Below are positions 60,120 through 64,000 of a stretch of DNA of 64,000 nt, in pieces. The notes beneath the pieces were generated by a model. It was given only the letters and a program-made list of their open reading frames with translations. It was not told where the DNA came from and searched no databases. Source of the stretch: an uncultured Clostridium sp. (lineage in GTDB: Bacteria; Bacillota_I; Bacilli_A; RF39; UBA660); the NCBI GenBank assembly GCA_902493795.1, contig CABUQZ010000001.1, forward strand, positions 38,697 to 102,696. The letters run 5' to 3'. How positions within the stretch are numbered: position 1 is the stretch's first letter; every line of letters begins with the position of its first letter. Position numbers and translations under genes: made by a program.

Positions 60120-60152
60120 GAATATTCTTTCTTTTAATTTTTAGGAGGAAAC

Positions 60153-60905
60153 ATGTTTATAGATACCCATTGTCATATATCAAAAGATGATTATGAAGAC
60201 GTTGAAACAGTAATAAAAAAAGCAAAAGAAAACAATGTAGGAACGTTATTACTATGCGGATGCGATAAAAAAGGAATAAAAGAAGCAATAGAAATAGCAA
60301 AATCACACGATAATATATATTTAGAAATTGGTTATCATCCAAGCGAGACGAACACAACTACTGATGAAGACTTAGAAGAGTTAAAAAAACTAGCACAAAA
60401 TCCTAAAGTAGTTGCAATTGGAGAAATAGGGCTAGATTATCACTGGGAAAAAGAAAATAAAGAAGAACAGAAAAAATTATTTAGAAAGCAAATTAATATT
60501 GCAAAAGAATTAAAACTTCCAATAGTAATTCACACTAGAGATGCTTTTCAAGATACTTATGACATACTAAAAGAAGAAAATCACTATGGAGATATTCACT
60601 GTTTTAGTGGAAATAAAGAAAATGCAAAAATGTATATTTCTTTAGGATATTATTTAGGTATAGGGGGTGTGTTAACTTTTAAAAATACTAATCTAACTGA
60701 AACTTTAAAGGATATACCACTAGAAAGAATTTTACTAGAAACGGACTGTCCATACCTTACTCCAGAACCATATAGAAAAGAAAAAAACGAACCAATGTAT
60801 ATTCCTGTAATAGCTAAAAAAATAAGTGAAGTTCTTGATAAAGATATAAATGAAGTAGAAAAAACTATATGTAATAACACAATTACTCTTTTTAAATTAA
60901 AGTAA
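60153..60905 (+). CDS. tatD: TatD-family metal-dependent hydrolase/DNase
   Basis: MFIDTHCHI ... GEIGLDYHW ... VIHTRDA. Confidence 0.9.
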   Translation: MFIDTHCHISKDDYEDVETVIKKAKENNVGTLLLCGCDKKGIKEAIEIAKSHDNIYLEIGYHPSETNTTTDEDLEELKKLAQNPKVVAIGEIGLDYHWEKENKEEQKKLFRKQINIAKELKLPIVIHTRDAFQDTYDILKEENHYGDIHCFSGNKENAKMYISLGYYLGIGGVLTFKNTNLTETLKDIPLERILLETDCPYLTPEPYRKEKNEPMYIPVIAKKISEVLDKDINEVEKTICNNTITLFKLK

Positions 60906-60977
60906 AATAGTGAAATTGACTATAATTATAATCTGTGCTATGATTTTTATATATATGAAAGATAGGTAGCTGATTCT

Positions 60978-61577
60978 ATGAGAAAAAAAAGAACATTAAA
61001 GATTCTAAGAAATGCATCTTTATATACTTTGTATGTAGCATTAATTTTTATAATGTTGTTTAACTTTGGATCAAAAAATAAAATAACTACTTATAATGTT
61101 GCTGGAGTAAGTTCTCTTAATTCTTCACATATGTTAGACAAATACACGCCTAAACCTAAAAAAGAAGAAGTACCGGTTGTTAAATATCCAGTAAACACTA
61201 AGTATCGTCTTACATCATATTATGCAAATGATGAATTAAATACAGGTGAGTGTACAGGAGCAGGATTCTGTGCATGGGAATTTGGAGTAAATGAAAAAGG
61301 TTGGTATACATACAAAGGAAAGTTAGTTTTAGCAGCAGCAACTACATATTTACAAAACAAATTTGGAACAAAGCCTGGTAAAACATATTTTAAATATTAC
61401 GATGAAGTTAACCTAACAATAGATGGGGAAGTATATCAAGGAATTATCCTAGACACATGTGGAGCATGTTATAGAGATGAACGAATTGACTTGTTTGTAA
61501 AAGATCGTGCAAGTGTAATCGATCGTGGTTACATGGGAAGAAATATGATAGATGTTAAAATAACAAAAAAAAGATAA
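60978..61577 (+). CDS. 3D-domain protein (YabE/MltA-like)
   Basis: N-terminal TM segment; a C-terminal 3D domain with conserved D/G/C pattern (..GECTGAGFCA..ILDTCGA..IDLFV). Confidence 0.6.
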   Translation: MRKKRTLKILRNASLYTLYVALIFIMLFNFGSKNKITTYNVAGVSSLNSSHMLDKYTPKPKKEEVPVVKYPVNTKYRLTSYYANDELNTGECTGAGFCAWEFGVNEKGWYTYKGKLVLAAATTYLQNKFGTKPGKTYFKYYDEVNLTIDGEVYQGIILDTCGACYRDERIDLFVKDRASVIDRGYMGRNMIDVKITKKR

Positions 61578-61614
61578 ATCTGAATTTATTCAGGTTTTTT
61601 TAAAAGGAAGAAAT

Positions 61615-62397
61615 ATGATAGAACATAATTTTAAGAAAAAATTTGGTCAAAACTTTTTAAAGGATAAAAATATTTTAAAGAAAATAGCGGAACTTGCTCC
61701 ATCTAATAAAGATGATTTAATAATAGAGGTTGGTCCAGGTGCTGGAGCTTTAACTGAAGAAATATTAAAAAAATCGAAAGTTCTAGCTTATGAAATAGAT
61801 AAAGATTTAGAGGAAAGATTAAGAGAAAAATTTCAAGATAATGATTTTAATCTAATTATAGATGATTTTTTAAATAGAAATTTAACACAAGACTTAAAAG
61901 AATATAAATACAATAAATTATATGTAGTAGCAAATCTTCCTTACTATATAACAACACCAATAATAAATAAACTAATAGAAGAAGAATTAGACATAGATAA
62001 AATGGTATTTATGGTTCAAAAAGAAGTAGGAGAGCGTTTTAGTGCTAAAGTAGGTACTAGGGATTATTCTTCTATCACAGTATTTTTAAATTACTATTAT
62101 GACATAAAAAAAGAATTTGTAGTCTCAAGACATTGTTTCTTTCCAACACCAAATGTCGATAGCATAATAATATCTCTTACAAAGAAAAAAAATCAAATAC
62201 CAGTAAAAAACAAAGAGTTATTTTTTAAATTAATAAGAGAATCTTTTACTCAAAAAAGGAAAACATTAAAAAATAACCTAAGAAATTATGATTTTACAAA
62301 AATAGAAAAAGTTTTGGAAAAACACAATTTACCTAGTGATGTAAGAGCAGAAAACATACCAATTGAGGTATTTGTAGATATAAGTAATGAATTATAA
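61615..62397 (+). CDS. rsmA: 16S rRNA (adenine1518/1519-N6)-dimethyltransferase RsmA (KsgA)
   Basis: KKKFGQNFLKD ... VGPGAGALTE ... NLPYYITTPII. Confidence 0.95.
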   Translation: MIEHNFKKKFGQNFLKDKNILKKIAELAPSNKDDLIIEVGPGAGALTEEILKKSKVLAYEIDKDLEERLREKFQDNDFNLIIDDFLNRNLTQDLKEYKYNKLYVVANLPYYITTPIINKLIEEELDIDKMVFMVQKEVGERFSAKVGTRDYSSITVFLNYYYDIKKEFVVSRHCFFPTPNVDSIIISLTKKKNQIPVKNKELFFKLIRESFTQKRKTLKNNLRNYDFTKIEKVLEKHNLPSDVRAENIPIEVFVDISNEL

Positions 62398-62450
62398 AAT
62401 TGTAATAATTATTTAAAGTAAATGCATATAATCTTAAAGGAGATGATTAT

Positions 62451-63209
62451 ATGCTTTTTTCAATTGGAGATTACGTAAGTAGAAATTCTCATAACAATGA
62501 TATTGTATTTAAGATTAAAAGAATAGATGGAAAAACTGCGATACTAGAAGGTGTAGAAGAAAGACTAATTGCAGATAGTGATTTAACTGATTTAAAAAAA
62601 GAAATAGAACTTCTTAACGATGATGATGAACGGCTAGAAGAAATATTTCAAAATACCAGGCTAGATAGAGGAGAGTATTTTTATCTTCCTGGTAAAATAC
62701 TACACATTGATGCAGATAAAGAGTATTTAGAAAGATGTATGAAACTTTATAAAAAAATGCATATAATGTCTTATGGAATTGTAATAGATGAAAAAGAAAT
62801 AGAAAATGTTATAACAGATTATTTAAATAAAATTAATCCAGACATCTTAGTAATAACAGGTCATGATGCATTAATAGGAAATAGAGAATATAAAAATAGC
62901 AAAAATTTCATAAATAGTATTTATAAAGCGAGACAATATGAAAAAAGTCACGATAAATTAATAATAATCGCAGGTGCTTGCCAATCAAACTACGAGGAAC
63001 TTATAAAAGCAGGTGCAAATTTTGCAAGTAGTCCTAAAAGAATAAACATACATGCACTAGATCCTGGTATTATTGCAAGTAAAATAGCATTATCAGATAA
63101 AAATAAACCTCTAGATTTAATTGAAATAATTAATAGTACTAAATATAAAGAGGAAGGGTTTGGTGGAATCATAACTAATGGAACTATGTATCAGGGGTAC
63201 CCAAGATGA
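62451..63209 (+). CDS. yabG: YabG-like protease (peptidase U57 family)
   Basis: N-terminus MLFSIGDYVSRNSHNNDIVFKIKRIDGKTAILEG resembles YabG; ksgA-yabG-veg synteny. Confidence 0.55.
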   Translation: MLFSIGDYVSRNSHNNDIVFKIKRIDGKTAILEGVEERLIADSDLTDLKKEIELLNDDDERLEEIFQNTRLDRGEYFYLPGKILHIDADKEYLERCMKLYKKMHIMSYGIVIDEKEIENVITDYLNKINPDILVITGHDALIGNREYKNSKNFINSIYKARQYEKSHDKLIIIAGACQSNYEELIKAGANFASSPKRINIHALDPGIIASKIALSDKNKPLDLIEIINSTKYKEEGFGGIITNGTMYQGYPR

Positions 63210-63421
63210 ATAAACAGAGGATGATTGAGGAAATAGAGAAGTATCGTGGTAAGTTAGTTAGATTTAAATATAATGGTTCTAGAAATCAGACAGAAGAGTT
63301 TTATGGAACCATAGAAAATACTTATAACTCAATATTTACAATAAAAATAAAAGACTCGAATTCAATTAAATCATTTTCATATAATGATGTTATTAATAAA
63401 ACACTACAAATTTTTATATAA
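63206..63421 (+). CDS. veg: Veg protein (DUF1021)
   Basis: LVRFKYNGSRNQTEEFYGTIENTYNSIFTIKI matches the Veg pattern; synteny. Confidence 0.75.
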   Translation: MNKQRMIEEIEKYRGKLVRFKYNGSRNQTEEFYGTIENTYNSIFTIKIKDSNSIKSFSYNDVINKTLQIFI

Positions 63422-63502
63422 ATTGTTTGCATTTTCTTGCATTTTATATTACGATTATATTATAAGGTTATAGAAACTTTATGGATGGGGAGGATTCTAA
63501 TG

Positions 63503-63790
63503 GAGATTACATCAGTAAGAGTTAAAAGAGAAGAACGCGAAGGTTCTCATATGAAGGGTAGAGCTTCTGTTGTTATTGACAACGGTCTTGCAATTCACAA
63601 CATTCGTATCATTGAAGGAAAGAACGGATTGTTTATAGCTATGCCTAGCACTTCTAGAGAAGTTGAGAATGAAGAAGGAGAAACAGTAACAGTTCATCGT
63701 GATATTGTACACCCAATCAATCCTGAAATCAGAGCTATGTTCGAAGAAAAGATTCTTAAAGCTTACGAAGAAGCAGAAGAAACTGAATAA
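63503..63790 (+). CDS. spoVG: Septation protein SpoVG
   Basis: MEITSVRVKR...MKGRASVVIDNGLAIHNIRIIEGKNGLFIAMPS; RBS GGGGAGG. The tracked ORF begins upstream at 63437. Confidence 0.95.
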   Translation, partial: EITSVRVKREEREGSHMKGRASVVIDNGLAIHNIRIIEGKNGLFIAMPSTSREVENEEGETVTVHRDIVHPINPEIRAMFEEKILKAYEEAEETE

Positions 63791-63796
63791 GAATAA

Positions 63797-63830
63797 TAAA
63801 AGGCCAAATGGTCTTTTTATTTTGTAGGAA
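63797..63830 (+). terminator. Rho-independent terminator after spoVG
   Basis: aaaggccaaatggtcttt hairpin followed by a T-run. Confidence 0.55.
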
Positions 63831-64000
63831 AGTAATATTATTCATGTTTAAAATTTATAAAAAACAATTGAATTTTAAGTCTATAAATGATAGATGATAC
63901 TTATCAATAAAGTAAATTATTTGAGTGGTGACGCCCAAAGTGGTTAAAAATATTTATTTTAATCTTTTGCATAATAACTTGTACTAGTCATATATTTTAA

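Overview
This is a low-GC (roughly 25-28% GC by eye) Firmicutes-type chromosomal origin region read with the standard genetic code; TGA acts as a stop, as the prfB recoding site shows. All genes from 1 to about 38.45 kb lie on the minus strand and all genes from 38.83 kb onward lie on the plus strand. The strand switch falls at the classic rpmH|dnaA junction.

Minus-strand block, listed by ascending coordinate (i.e. in reverse transcriptional order): ftsE-like (partial), two tandem yitT-family genes, prfB (with its programmed +1 frameshift), a divergent clpC-like ATPase, an IT-superfamily transporter, an RDD protein, dusB, ftsH, tilS, divIC, rpsR-ssb-rpsF (transcribed rpsF-ssb-rpsR), then an eight-gene NAD salvage/recycling operon (transcribed pncA-pncB-nadE-nadD-kinase-prs-like-pncC-nrtR) with a candidate NrtR operator at its promoter. 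Continuing upward: a C26 amidotransferase, ychF, an AbgT-like transporter, DUF951, parB, parA, a Noc paralog carrying an approximately 220-aa low-complexity tail, an orphan 440-aa prepilin-like protein, rsmG, mnmG, a 1414-aa activase/dehydratase-like fusion inserted between mnmG and mnmE, mnmE, jag, yidC, rnpA and rpmH.

Plus-strand block: dnaA, dnaN, a ComK homolog sitting where yaaA is usually found, recF, gyrB, gyrA, SRP RNA, tadA, then a 1.6-kb non-coding hub. After the hub come dnaX, ybaB, recR, a bofA-like gene, holB, yaaT, yabB, pth, mfd, a hypothetical gene, a frameshifted dut, tatD, a 3D-domain gene, rsmA, yabG, veg and spoVG.

The most striking element is the 48.35-49.93 kb intergenic hub. 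It carries about 3.2 tandem 119-bp repeats that hold Noc-binding-site palindromes (ATTTCCCGGGAAAT, two perfect copies). These are followed by five composite units, each a DnaA box (TGTGGATAA) abutting a parS site (TGTTTCACGTGAAACA, two perfect copies). Two further perfect DnaA boxes and an almost pure A/T tract complete the hub. The boxes in the dnaA-flanking regions are only degenerate by comparison. A locus concentrating DnaA, ParB and Noc sites together like this appears to be undescribed.
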